Below, piece by piece: positions 48,258 through 58,114 of a stretch of 64,000 nucleotides of DNA. Numbering within the stretch: position 1 is the first letter of the stretch; each line of letters starts with the position of its first letter. The notes beneath the pieces were generated by a model. That model was given only the letters and a program-made list of their open reading frames with translations. It was not told the DNA's origin and ran no database searches. The stretch is from the NCBI GenBank assembly GCA_963827085.1, contig CAWGZY010000007.1, forward strand, positions 33,615-97,614, in the 5' to 3' direction. A program made the translations under genes and the position numbers. This DNA comes from an uncultured Bacteroidota bacterium. GTDB taxonomy: Bacteria; Bacteroidota; Ignavibacteria; UBA10030; UBA8401.

Positions 48258-49262
48258 ATGGAAAAAGCAAAAATCGGTATTGTTGGGTTAGGTTGGATTG
48301 CACAGGTCTTTCACCTTCCTATTCTCACGAAAATTTCCGATGCAACCATACCGTGCGTGTGCGATAAAGACCGATCGCGTGCGCGTGCTCTTGCTGAAAA
48401 ATACGGCATCAAGCGCTACTATTCCGACGTACAGGAAATGCTTCAATCAGAAGAACTCGATGCCGTCGATATTTGCGCCACGACGAATGCACATAAGGAA
48501 ATCGCAATTGCTTGTCTCGAGGCTAAGAAGGATCTCTTTATTGAAAAGCCGATCGCACGGAAATATGACGAAGCGGTAGCCATCGCCGATGCTGCAAAGA
48601 AGGCAAAGAAAAAAGTGATGGTGGGGATGAACAACCGCTTTCGCCCGGATACGATGATACTGCGGAGCTTCATCGAAAACAATGATTTGGGAGAAGTTTT
48701 TTACGTCAAAACAGGATGGCTGAAAAAACTCACCGACCAGAGTAGCTGGATGGGACATAAAGATAAATCCGGCGGCGGTGTATTCCTCGACCTCGGCATC
48801 GTCATGCTTGACCTCGCTTTATGGATGACCGGCTACCCCGAACTCAAGCGCGTTGATGCTTCAACGTATTCCCATGCAACGCCGGGCGTCGAAGATTCGG
48901 CTGCAGTGTTTTTATTCATGAAAAATGGTGCAACAATCACCATCGAGGTGAGCTGGAGTTTTTATATCGAGAACGAACTCTTTTACTGCAATATCTACGG
49001 GGACAAAGGGAGCGCAAAATTGAATCCCTTAAAGATCCATCGTGAAATGCACGGGAGTATCGTGAACGTTACTCCCGGTAAAATTGACGATATTCAAAAC
49101 CTGTTTCGGCGGTCGTACGAAAATGAATTAAAACACTTTGTCGGCGCTGTTCGCGGCATCCATCAGGTAATATCGACGGCAGATGAGGCAGTCCTCCGCA
49201 TGAGAATTGTTGACGCGATCTATAAATCGGCGGCAAAGAAAAAAGAGATCTATTTCAAATAG
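48258..49262 (+). CDS. Gfo/Idh/MocA family oxidoreductase
   Basis: N-terminal Rossmann IGIVGLGWIAQ, an EKP motif (FIEKPIA), and a C-terminal alpha/beta domain. Confidence 0.88.
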   Translation: MEKAKIGIVGLGWIAQVFHLPILTKISDATIPCVCDKDRSRARALAEKYGIKRYYSDVQEMLQSEELDAVDICATTNAHKEIAIACLEAKKDLFIEKPIARKYDEAVAIADAAKKAKKKVMVGMNNRFRPDTMILRSFIENNDLGEVFYVKTGWLKKLTDQSSWMGHKDKSGGGVFLDLGIVMLDLALWMTGYPELKRVDASTYSHATPGVEDSAAVFLFMKNGATITIEVSWSFYIENELFYCNIYGDKGSAKLNPLKIHREMHGSIVNVTPGKIDDIQNLFRRSYENELKHFVGAVRGIHQVISTADEAVLRMRIVDAIYKSAAKKKEIYFK

Positions 49263-49282
49263 AAACGGGGAAAGGATCATGA

Positions 49283-49330
49283 AGACATCACGGATTGGCG
49301 GCGAATGTATCCGTGATGTCTGTTTAGTTT
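49283..49330 (+). terminator. Hairpin terminator candidate
   Basis: 12-bp perfect stem agacatcacgga/tccgtgatgtct with a 15-nt loop, followed by gtttagttt (a weak T tract). Confidence 0.55.
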
Positions 49331-49346
49331 CACGTTGGTGGGTTGA

Positions 49347-50444
49347 ATGAGCCGCGGTGAGGACGAGAAATGGATGCGCATGTGCCTCACGTTGGCGGCG
49401 AAAGGAGCCGGCTACGTGAGCCCAAATCCCCTCGTTGGTGCAGTAATTGTTTTTGACGGAAAAGCGCTGGGGAAAGGGTATCATCGGAAATTCGGGGATT
49501 CGCACGCTGAGGTTAATGCAATTAAGAATGCACATGTACGTCATCCAAAACTCCGCGGGGCGACGTTGTACGTAAATCTTGAGCCGTGTGTTCATTACGG
49601 CAAGACTCCACCATGTGTGAATGCCATTGTCGATGAAGGAATTGTCAAAGTCGTCGCGGCTATGAGCGATCCAAACCCGCTCGTAGCTGGAAAAGGCTTT
49701 GACTATCTTCGCACTGCGGGAGTGAAGGTTGTGTCGGGTGTCCTGGAGTCCGAGGCTGAGACGCTTAATGAGAAGTTTATCAAATATATTACAACGGGAG
49801 TTCCATTCGTCGCTTTGAAGGTGGCACAGACAAGCGACGGATTCATTGCGAAGAAGGATGGCACTTCGAAATGGATATCGACAAAAGAATCGCGTACTAT
49901 CGTGCATAATCTCCGTTCGGAATATGATGCAGTAGTTGTAGGGAGGGGGACAGCGGCACTTGACAATCCGAAGTTGACTGTTCGCGGCGTGAAGGGAAGA
50001 AACCCTATCAGAGTTTTGATTGACGGAAAACTTCGCACTCCTGTTGAGGCAGTAATGTTTAATGACAAAGATCGAAGCCGCACAATCGTGTTCCTTGGAA
50101 GCGCCAAAACGGAAAAGGCCGGAATTCTTCAAGCCAAGGGAGTTCAACTTATACCGATGAGGAGTAGGAAGGGCGTTATTTCAATTCCTGAAATTCTCAC
50201 CGTGCTTGCTGGAAAGGGAATAGCCTCCCTTCTTGTGGAAGGAGGGCAATCGATCTATCAGCAATTCCTGAAGGGGAAGGCAGCAGATAAAATATATCTG
50301 TTTATATCTCCGAAAAAATTCGGTGAGGGCCTCCCCGCATTTGGCGGCATGAGGCGGTCGTTTACGATTAAACGTAAAAGCATAAGAAATACTGGCGGAG
50401 ACAGTTTTATTGAAGGACGTTTGTCGTACAAAAAAACACAATAG
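49347..50444 (+). CDS. ribD: Bifunctional riboflavin biosynthesis protein RibD (deaminase/reductase)
   Basis: CMP/dCMP deaminase zinc motif HAE...PC..C, and a C-terminal RibD reductase domain. Confidence 0.93.
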   Translation: MSRGEDEKWMRMCLTLAAKGAGYVSPNPLVGAVIVFDGKALGKGYHRKFGDSHAEVNAIKNAHVRHPKLRGATLYVNLEPCVHYGKTPPCVNAIVDEGIVKVVAAMSDPNPLVAGKGFDYLRTAGVKVVSGVLESEAETLNEKFIKYITTGVPFVALKVAQTSDGFIAKKDGTSKWISTKESRTIVHNLRSEYDAVVVGRGTAALDNPKLTVRGVKGRNPIRVLIDGKLRTPVEAVMFNDKDRSRTIVFLGSAKTEKAGILQAKGVQLIPMRSRKGVISIPEILTVLAGKGIASLLVEGGQSIYQQFLKGKAADKIYLFISPKKFGEGLPAFGGMRRSFTIKRKSIRNTGGDSFIEGRLSYKKTQ

Positions 50445-51336
50445 CCTGAAGATCGTCGTTGTGGTTTTGCTGTGTTGTTTCGTTTCGCACGCCTACGCGA
50501 GACCTCGTCGATCGACAATCCAGGATGCTGAAAAAAGAATTGATTCGGTGATTACCGCGGCGGGCGGAAGATTTGCCGTTGCATTTGAAGACCTTCAAAC
50601 AGGGAAAGGGCTGTACCGGAATGCAAATGAAAAATTTCACGCAGCGAGTACGATTAAAACACCTGTGATGATCGAAGTCTTCAATCAGGCGCGTAAGGGG
50701 ATGTTCTCTCTCGATGATTCTCTTGATGTCATTAATAGCTTTTCAAGCATCGTTGACGGCAGCACATATGCTCTCCAGTCTTCAAGCGACAGCGATGACA
50801 GCCTGTACTTTCGAATCGGGAAAAAGGAACGAATTCGAACTCTTGTGTTCGAGATGATCACGGTAAGCAGTAATCTCGCTGCGAATCTGCTCATTCAAAA
50901 AGTGGGTGTGGGGAATGTCCAACGAACGATGTTTATGCTTGGAGTAAATGATATTCATGTATTGAGGTGTGTGGAGGATACCAAGGCCTTTCAGGCTGGA
51001 AAGAACAACACGGTAACCGCAAAATCTTTGGCGCTATTGTATGAAAAGTTAGCCCAAAAAAAAGTTTTGAACAAGAAAATCTCTGAAGAGATGCTCGCTA
51101 TTCTACTGCAGCAAAGATTTACCGATATGATCCCGGCAAGGTTGCCGAAGGTTGTAAACGTTGCCCACAAAACAGGGAGCAGTCCGGGAGTTCAGCACGA
51201 TTCCGGAATTATCTATCTGCCAGACGGACGCAAATATGTGCTGGTCGTTCTTTCGAAAGATTTGCAGGAACAGAAAACCGGGATTAATGCCATTGCGCAA
51301 ATCTCTAAAATCATGTTCGACTATGAAATGAACTAA
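50410..51336 (+). CDS. Class A beta-lactamase-family serine hydrolase (secreted)
   Basis: S-x-x-K (ASTIK), S-x-N (SSN) and K-T-G (HKTG) motifs in the correct order and spacing. Signal-like N-terminus. TTG start overlaps the ribD end by 35 nt. Confidence 0.8.
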   Translation: MKDVCRTKKHNSLKIVVVVLLCCFVSHAYARPRRSTIQDAEKRIDSVITAAGGRFAVAFEDLQTGKGLYRNANEKFHAASTIKTPVMIEVFNQARKGMFSLDDSLDVINSFSSIVDGSTYALQSSSDSDDSLYFRIGKKERIRTLVFEMITVSSNLAANLLIQKVGVGNVQRTMFMLGVNDIHVLRCVEDTKAFQAGKNNTVTAKSLALLYEKLAQKKVLNKKISEEMLAILLQQRFTDMIPARLPKVVNVAHKTGSSPGVQHDSGIIYLPDGRKYVLVVLSKDLQEQKTGINAIAQISKIMFDYEMN

Positions 51337-51338
51337 TC

Positions 51339-51929
51339 ATGTTTACTGGAATTGTCGAAGAAGTCGGGAGGGTTTGTTCGGTTCGGAAGAGGGACGATGG
51401 AATCCAATTTGATATTCAAGCAAAAAAGATATCCTCGGGCCTAAAAGTTGATAACAGCATTGCGGTCAACGGGACGTGCCTGACTATTGTGCACCGAAAA
51501 CAGAAAATTCTTACATTTGACGCTGTGAAAGAGACGCTGAGCAAGACCAGTTTGGGTGGATTGCACGTCGGCAGCAGCGTTAATTTGGAACGGGCTGTTT
51601 CGCTGAGCCAACGGCTGGGCGGACATCTCGTTCAAGGTCACGTCGACACAACGGGAACTGTGATGAAGTGCACTGCTCTAAAAACGAGCTGGATGTTCGC
51701 AATTCGCTTCCCTAAAAAATTTCGGAAATACCTTATTCCGGTTGGTTCGATCTCGGTTGACGGAGTAAGCTTGACTGTTGCACGGCTGCACGCCGATTAT
51801 TTTGAAGTTGCGATCATACCCTACACGTTCGAACAGACTATTTTTCACGATTACAAAGCCGGCTCAAAAGTCAACCTTGAGTTCGACCTCATCGGAAAAT
51901 ACATTGAGTCGTTGCTGCACAATAATTGA
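51339..51929 (+). CDS. ribE: Riboflavin synthase (alpha chain)
   Basis: MFTGIVEE...G start and duplicated lumazine-binding repeats (NGTCLT / DGVSLT). Confidence 0.93.
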   Translation: MFTGIVEEVGRVCSVRKRDDGIQFDIQAKKISSGLKVDNSIAVNGTCLTIVHRKQKILTFDAVKETLSKTSLGGLHVGSSVNLERAVSLSQRLGGHLVQGHVDTTGTVMKCTALKTSWMFAIRFPKKFRKYLIPVGSISVDGVSLTVARLHADYFEVAIIPYTFEQTIFHDYKAGSKVNLEFDLIGKYIESLLHNN

Positions 51930-51970
51930 GTCGTTCTGCTTTTCCGTTGGATGTATGATTAACTTTTTTT

Positions 51971-52744
51971 ATGAGGAATATGAAGGATCTCTTTCGGTCA
52001 AAGATTACGAGGATAGTTTTGTGGAGTGTAGGAGGATTTTTGTTTATCGTTCTCCTGCTGGATAATATTATTCTCCCGTGGTATGTGAATCATGGCGGTA
52101 CGCTTGTCGTTCCGGACGTCGTTGGTATGCCGGAAGCCGAGGCTTTTCGCGTATTGGATTCGCTGAACCTCGAACCCCGGAAGGGTGAAGTGCATCCGGA
52201 TAAAGATTATCCCGAAGGATATGTTGATGCACAAAATCCGGTTTCCCAGCAGATAGTAAAACCCCGTCGCCGGGTCTATCTCACCATCAGCGGCGGCGAG
52301 CAGCTGGCTGTTGTCCCGGAATTGAAGGGGCGCTCGCTGCGCGACACGAAATTTGCACTGGATCGCTCCGGCTTGAAGCTGGGCGCCGTTCAGCGACAGA
52401 TTTCGAAAGAATTCCCGGAAGGAACAATCATATCTCAGGACGTTGTGTCCGGAGCAAAAGTAAAACACGGCTCGTATATTGGAGTCACTGAAAGTGCGGG
52501 GCAATTAATGGATAGCCTCGTCGTTCCCAATGTCATCGGTAAGACATTGGTCGATGCGCAAAAAATATTAGTTCAAAAAGGATTTAAAACAGGAACTACT
52601 ACGTATCAACCCAATGCCGATCTCCTTCCGAATACGGTCATCGGACAACTTCCTCGTCCCGGTGACATTGCAAGTTTCGGGAAAACCGTGGATCTTTTTA
52701 TCGCTCAGGCGCCGGAAAAAAAAGGGGTCGTGCAGGAACACTAA
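51971..52744 (+). CDS. Membrane-anchored protein with three PASTA domains and no kinase or PBP domain
   Basis: TM segment (IVLWSVGGFLFIVLLL), then three repeats of about 65 aa: VPDVVGM...A...L, VPELKGRSL..., VPNVIGKTL..AQ..L. Confidence 0.85.
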   Translation: MRNMKDLFRSKITRIVLWSVGGFLFIVLLLDNIILPWYVNHGGTLVVPDVVGMPEAEAFRVLDSLNLEPRKGEVHPDKDYPEGYVDAQNPVSQQIVKPRRRVYLTISGGEQLAVVPELKGRSLRDTKFALDRSGLKLGAVQRQISKEFPEGTIISQDVVSGAKVKHGSYIGVTESAGQLMDSLVVPNVIGKTLVDAQKILVQKGFKTGTTTYQPNADLLPNTVIGQLPRPGDIASFGKTVDLFIAQAPEKKGVVQEH

Positions 52745-52746
52745 TC

Positions 52747-53418
52747 ATGGTCTCAACAAAGAAACCGGTGCTGATCGCGCCGTCGATTCTTGCTGCGAAC
52801 TTTGGAGAACTTGCGAACCAAATTGCCGCTGTTGAAAAAGCAGGCGCTGACCTCATTCATCTCGATGTTATGGACGGTCATTTTGTTCCAAACATCAGCT
52901 TCGGTCCCGGAGTCGTCAAGACAGTTCACGGTCTTACGCGGCTTCCGCTGGACACACATTTGATGATTGAGAATCCGGATTTCTTCCTCGAAGAATTTCA
53001 AAAAGCCGGGACCACATATTTGACGGTACACGTCGAAGTATGCCGTCATCTTCGGCGGACAATCTCGGAGATCCGGCAACTTGGAATGAAACCGGGTGTA
53101 TGTTTGAATCCGGCTACACCCCTCTCAGCCCTTGAGGAAATTTTGCCGGAAGTCGATTTAGTACTGGTGATGTCTGTGACTCCCGGCTTCGGCGGCCAAA
53201 AATTTCTTCCTCAAAGCTTCCAAAGAATTAAGGACGTGAAAAAAAATATATCTACACGCGGGCTAAAAGCGATCGTCGAAGTTGATGGGGGGATCGATAC
53301 GAATAATGCCTCCATGCTGGTCGATGCGGGCGCTGATGTTCTGGTTTCCGGGACTGCGATTTTTGGTTCGAAAGATATATTCAAAGCGATCCATGACCTT
53401 AGAACTATTCAAACCTAA
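52747..53418 (+). CDS. rpe: Ribulose-phosphate 3-epimerase
   Basis: IAPSILAA.F, HLDVMDGHFVPN and VDGGI motifs. Confidence 0.95.
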   Translation: MVSTKKPVLIAPSILAANFGELANQIAAVEKAGADLIHLDVMDGHFVPNISFGPGVVKTVHGLTRLPLDTHLMIENPDFFLEEFQKAGTTYLTVHVEVCRHLRRTISEIRQLGMKPGVCLNPATPLSALEEILPEVDLVLVMSVTPGFGGQKFLPQSFQRIKDVKKNISTRGLKAIVEVDGGIDTNNASMLVDAGADVLVSGTAIFGSKDIFKAIHDLRTIQT

Positions 53419-53541
53419 AACTCGACTCGACCGAGAAAGAGTACATCGAATGCTCCCTCGTAATGACTGCGAATAGGATGAAGCACCGGGAATGGTTCAG
53501 ATTGTATTATTGAAGTAACAGACTTCCGATAGTTGTCGGCG

Positions 53542-53576
53542 AAAGCCGCGTCACGATCTGGCGCGGCTTTTTTGTT
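53542..53576 (+). terminator. Rho-independent terminator after rpe
   Basis: aaagccgcg/cgcggcttt 9-bp stem with an 11-nt loop, followed by a T-run. Confidence 0.75.
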
Positions 53577-53641
53577 GTATGGCGTTAAGCGTCAACTACC
53601 TTATTAAATAAGGGTATTTGTAAAATAACATTAAAAAGTAC

Positions 53642-53669
53642 TTGACAAAATGAAAAAACACATTATATT
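53642..53669 (+). promoter_or_regulatory. Consensus sigma-70-type promoter candidate upstream of the PII gene
   Basis: TTGACA (53642-53647), 16 nt, TATATT (53664-53669). Shares the cTTGACAa...tTATATT layout with the candidates at 60828 and 61403. Confidence 0.5.
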
Positions 53670-53868
53670 ATTATGTCGAGGGACGGAGCGCAGGGAGACG
53701 AGTCAAAACGGAGAATGCTGAAGAATTCACGATAAGTTTGTCAGGGGCGGCGACCTGAAAATTATAGACTGGACTAAGAAAAGAGTGACTAATTCAGGTA
53801 TAACGATAGACGAATAATTGCCGGAGATGCCTATGGATGATTGAAGCAAACGTTTTGAAGCCGGATAG

Positions 53869-54237
<369 letters not shown>

Positions 54238-54307
54238 TAATGGCCAACGTGCGGTTGGAAAACATAGTAACGCACTAATTTTAATCACATCGAAAAAGGG
54301 TTTACTC

Positions 54308-55408
54308 ATGAAACTGACTTATCTTTTTTTAGCAGCATTTACACTATGCACAAGCGCGATGTATGCGGCAGACTCCGCCGCGGCAGCGCCGGCCCCCGCG
54401 CCGATCACATGGAGCGGGTTTATTGACGCGTATTACAGCAAGAACTTTAACAGCCCCGTAACGGAGACGAATCAGTTGCGGAATTTTGACATCCAAGAGA
54501 ATCAGTTTGCACTCAGCCTTGCCGAGCTTGTCATACAGAAACAAGCCTCTCCAGTCGGGTTCCGCATGGATCTCGATTTTGGACCGACGAACGATTTAGT
54601 CCAAGGGGGCAACGGAAGCACGTTGAATGTGTTGCAGCAAGCGTATCTTACCGCCGTTCTGCCGGTCGGATCCGGATTGACCGTTGATGTGGGTAAATTC
54701 GTTACCCACATGGGGAACGAGGTGATCGAATCGAAAGACAACTGGAACTACAGCCGTTCGTTCCTTTTTGAGTTCGCAATCCCGTACTACCACACTGGAA
54801 TCCGGCTGACATATCCCCTGTCCAGCGCATTGAGTGGAACGCTGGATATATTGAACGGCTGGAATTCTACCGTTGACAACAATCACTCTCAAACGCTCGG
54901 GTTGACGTTGAATTATACGCTTTCCCCGAACACGAGCATCGTTTTCAACGGCATCGACGGTTTCGAACAGCCGTATCTGGCGCCGTATGGAAAGAAGGAC
55001 GTAGCTGATTTCATTATTACTCAGACGGTTAATGACAATCTCTCGCTTTGCCTTAATGCCGATTACGGTCAGGAGAGGGTAGCAAATTTCTTAAATATAT
55101 GGAAGGGTATTGACCTTTATGAAAGATATTCACTGAATCCGAAATCGGCCGTTGCATTGCGCGAAGAAGTTTATTCGGATCCGTTCGGATATACAACAGG
55201 TGTTTTTGCACCGAAGACAACATTGTCGGAAGTCACTGCAACTTATGAGTATCATGTTTTTGATCCGTTGATGGTTCGTTGCGAATTGCGCGACGATTTT
55301 TCGAATACAGTGGGAGCATTTACTACTGCCAGCGCACTCAACACCAGTCCGACGTCCTCGGCGAAATCACAGCCGACGTTGCTCATCGGTGTTGTCGCAA
55401 CGTTCTAA
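54308..55408 (+). CDS. Putative outer-membrane beta-barrel porin
   Basis: Signal peptide MKLTYLFLAAFTLCTSAMYA/AD, alternating amphipathic beta-strand pattern, C-terminal ...IGVVATF (terminal Phe). Confidence 0.7.
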   Translation: MKLTYLFLAAFTLCTSAMYAADSAAAAPAPAPITWSGFIDAYYSKNFNSPVTETNQLRNFDIQENQFALSLAELVIQKQASPVGFRMDLDFGPTNDLVQGGNGSTLNVLQQAYLTAVLPVGSGLTVDVGKFVTHMGNEVIESKDNWNYSRSFLFEFAIPYYHTGIRLTYPLSSALSGTLDILNGWNSTVDNNHSQTLGLTLNYTLSPNTSIVFNGIDGFEQPYLAPYGKKDVADFIITQTVNDNLSLCLNADYGQERVANFLNIWKGIDLYERYSLNPKSAVALREEVYSDPFGYTTGVFAPKTTLSEVTATYEYHVFDPLMVRCELRDDFSNTVGAFTTASALNTSPTSSAKSQPTLLIGVVATF

Positions 55409-55453
55409 ACCAAAATTTATTCAACACTCATACATTAACTTCTAGAGGTGTCT

Positions 55454-56980
55454 ATGGCTGAAGAAAAAAAGACCACCATGAAAAAAACCCTCGGTCTCAC
55501 GGGAGTCACCGTGAACGCGATGGCTCTCATCGCTCCGGGTGCGTTTCTATGGATCACATTCCAAGTACAAGCTTCAAACAACGGCGGCGCAACCGATATG
55601 TGGACCGGTATCGTTGCTGCTTTAATTGTCGCATTTCTTACCGCGATTGCGTTCTCTGAGCTGGCTCGAAAGTATCCGGAAGCCGGTGCGGGGGGTTCAT
55701 ATTATTTCGCCGAAAAGGCCTTCCTCGAGCGCGACAAGGCTTCCCACCAACGCTTCGCTCGGCTAGCCAAGTTCCTCACTGGTTGGGCAGCCCACTTGTT
55801 CTATTGGGTCTATACCGGCGTTATGGTGGCGATGATGGCAATACTCATCACGTATATTTTCGGTCAATTTAATATTAACCTGACAATCCCTGAACAAATC
55901 GGAGTGGCGATTCTTTTTGCGGTTTTTATTGGATTGATTGCCGTTCGTGGGATCACCGGTTCGACAAATATTGCAATCGCTATCAATGTAATTCAATTGG
56001 TTTCGTTAGTCGGCTTCAGCATTCTGGCAATCATGTTTCGTGTTCAAAATCCGCTTCATGCGACGCAATGGGCTCATCCTGCGGCATCATCGATTATTTT
56101 TCCGCACAGCATCGGGGCAATGCTCTTTCAGTCAACCATCGCCATCCTGATTCTTGTCGGATTTGAGTCTTCAACCTCGTTGGCAGGAGAAGCACTCAAT
56201 CCCAAGAAAGACATCCCGCGCGCTGTCATCATGGCGCTGATCATTCAAGGGCTATTTGCCTATCTGCTCGAATATTTCGCTGCGAATTTTGCAGTTTGCG
56301 AAAAACTCACATTTACAAACCCCGATGGAAGCATAGTGACGGGAATGGACGCAATGGCGGCTTCTGGCGCTCCCATCGGAGACATGGTACGTATCATCGG
56401 CGATGCAATGCTGGGAGGCAACGGCTTTATTTTGATGATCATTATCGCAATTACGGTAGCCTTGGCCGTTATAGGCACAACGCTGGCAGCAGTTAATACA
56501 GCTGTCCGCGTCAGCTATGCTATGGCACAGGACAGTGAGATGCCGTCAATGCTCGGTGCCTTGCATGAGAAACATGCAAGCCCACACGTCGGCGTCTGGA
56601 TTCTTGTCGTTGTCTCAGCAATTCTTGGAAGCATCGGCGTGCTGAATGTTACTGCCCTTACCGGCATTACCTTGGCCTCGAACATCGGCACATTCGCCCT
56701 GTATGCACTCATCTGCTTTATGACGTTTGTGACGTTTGTCGGCCGCGAAGAATTTCACAGCGTGAAGCATGCAATAATTCCATTTCTCGGCTTGATCGGG
56801 AACGTCGGATTGCTGGTCGGGGTTGTGTACATCGGACTTACAACACCGGGAGTTTCCGCAGATGGCACGCAAATGGCACTCTACATCACTGGTGGATGGG
56901 GGCTTCTGAGTGTCGGCTACCTGATTTGGAACAGCAAGAAACTGGGTAAACGCATAATACCGGCTACTAATGTTTCATGA
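55454..56980 (+). CDS. APC-superfamily permease (amino acid/polyamine-type), substrate unknown
   Basis: About 508 aa with 12-13 TM segments. N-terminal G..V.NAMALIAPGAF and E(L)A...PEAGG.Y.Y pattern of APC transporters. ATG is preceded by GAGGTG. Confidence 0.82.
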   Translation: MAEEKKTTMKKTLGLTGVTVNAMALIAPGAFLWITFQVQASNNGGATDMWTGIVAALIVAFLTAIAFSELARKYPEAGAGGSYYFAEKAFLERDKASHQRFARLAKFLTGWAAHLFYWVYTGVMVAMMAILITYIFGQFNINLTIPEQIGVAILFAVFIGLIAVRGITGSTNIAIAINVIQLVSLVGFSILAIMFRVQNPLHATQWAHPAASSIIFPHSIGAMLFQSTIAILILVGFESSTSLAGEALNPKKDIPRAVIMALIIQGLFAYLLEYFAANFAVCEKLTFTNPDGSIVTGMDAMAASGAPIGDMVRIIGDAMLGGNGFILMIIIAITVALAVIGTTLAAVNTAVRVSYAMAQDSEMPSMLGALHEKHASPHVGVWILVVVSAILGSIGVLNVTALTGITLASNIGTFALYALICFMTFVTFVGREEFHSVKHAIIPFLGLIGNVGLLVGVVYIGLTTPGVSADGTQMALYITGGWGLLSVGYLIWNSKKLGKRIIPATNVS

Positions 56981-57023
56981 AAATCTTAGACTCGGAGACT
57001 TTTTCTAATTAAAAGGCGGCCTG

Positions 57024-57064
57024 AAGGGAGGAAAAAAATCTATCTTCTTTTCCTCCCTTTCTGT
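57024..57064 (+). terminator. Rho-independent terminator candidate after the permease
   Basis: aagggaggaaaa/ttttcctccctt 12-bp stem with a 12-nt loop and a T-rich tail. Confidence 0.6.
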
Positions 57065-57081
57065 TTGTACTTGGAGTATCG

Positions 57082-57915
57082 ATGTCGGAAATTGATGTCA
57101 ATGAAATAAAATCGTACAGTTATACTCACGTTGGGAAAGTGCGCGACGACAATCAAGACGCCGTACGTCTTTGTAACCCTGTCGATGAAGTTACAATTGC
57201 CGATGGGCACCTTTATGGAATCGCCGATGGGATGGGGGGATATGCTCACGGAGGTGTCGCAAGTTCTTTGGCGCTCGAGACTTTCTTTGAGACATTTTAC
57301 GCTGCAAACGGCGTTGCCCCATCTCAAAAACTCCGAGTTGGTATTCAGAATGCAAATTTAAGTGTTTACCAGACCTCCCAACGGCTTAAAGCAGGGAGAA
57401 TGGGAACGACGCTGACGGCAGTTAATATTGTCGGGAGAAAATTGCATATAGCTCATATAGGGGACAGCCGTGCATATTTGATCAGGGACAGAAAATCCAC
57501 ATGCCTGACAAACGATCACACACAAGTTGGGGAGCTAGTCCGGATGAAAGTGCTCTCCCCAGAAAAAGTGCGGACACACAGCCAACGCTCGAAGCTGGAA
57601 AAATGTCTCGGGATGGAGCTCTTTGTGCAGCCTGATATTTTTCAGGTTCCGGTAAAGCCGGGGGACATCGTTGTGCTCTGTTCGGACGGTGTTTGGGGTA
57701 TGATTCAGGATGATGAATTTGCGCAACTTGTCACAGACTCAAAAGATCCTGAAAATCTTTGCAGGCAAATTGTGGAATTGGCCATGGAGCGCGATAGCGA
57801 TGATAATCTTTCAATTATTATCCTTTATCTTCACCGGCTCGCGCCATCCAAGGTCGAAGAGAAGACTAATCCATTTTGGCCTTTGCCGGAGGCCATTCGT
57901 CGCTTTTTCAAATAA
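57082..57915 (+). CDS. PP2C-family Ser/Thr protein phosphatase
   Basis: R..NQDA, GIADGMGG, GTTL, LCSDGVW and DN.S motifs. Confidence 0.9.
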   Translation: MSEIDVNEIKSYSYTHVGKVRDDNQDAVRLCNPVDEVTIADGHLYGIADGMGGYAHGGVASSLALETFFETFYAANGVAPSQKLRVGIQNANLSVYQTSQRLKAGRMGTTLTAVNIVGRKLHIAHIGDSRAYLIRDRKSTCLTNDHTQVGELVRMKVLSPEKVRTHSQRSKLEKCLGMELFVQPDIFQVPVKPGDIVVLCSDGVWGMIQDDEFAQLVTDSKDPENLCRQIVELAMERDSDDNLSIIILYLHRLAPSKVEEKTNPFWPLPEAIRRFFK

Positions 57916-58114
57916 ACCAGGAATTTGTAGGATTACGTCTATAAAGAGCGGGCAGAGTTGTATAAAGGAGAGAATTGCATTTGAGGCGATTCTTTAGTAC
58001 ACTCTCTTGCTCGCGAGTAAATTCGCAGTAACACTACCATTAACAGTTGTCGGCAGATTCAAGGAGCGTTAGTCAGACCTAATTCCTCCAACGCCTAAAC
58101 TTGCGAGAGCTATC

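Noticed and set aside
49128-50147. 339-aa ORF on the minus strand
   Set aside because: It is entirely antisense to ribD and the end of the Gfo/Idh/MocA gene, both of which have strong family motifs. Its composition is Arg/Ser/Cys/Phe-rich and low-complexity, as expected from an antisense reading. The same reasoning applies to the other long antisense ORFs, e.g. 42427-43077, 38739-39272, 23647-24279, 12713-13279, 25809-26333, 51998-52504 and 59351-59854.
58028-58039. 12-nt match (gtaacactacca) to the terminal inverted repeat of the ccmA-ccmB element, in the PP2C-kinase spacer
   Set aside because: This could be a solo terminal repeat, but a single 12-mer with only weak flanking similarity (aaatt) is within what chance plus my selective inspection could produce.
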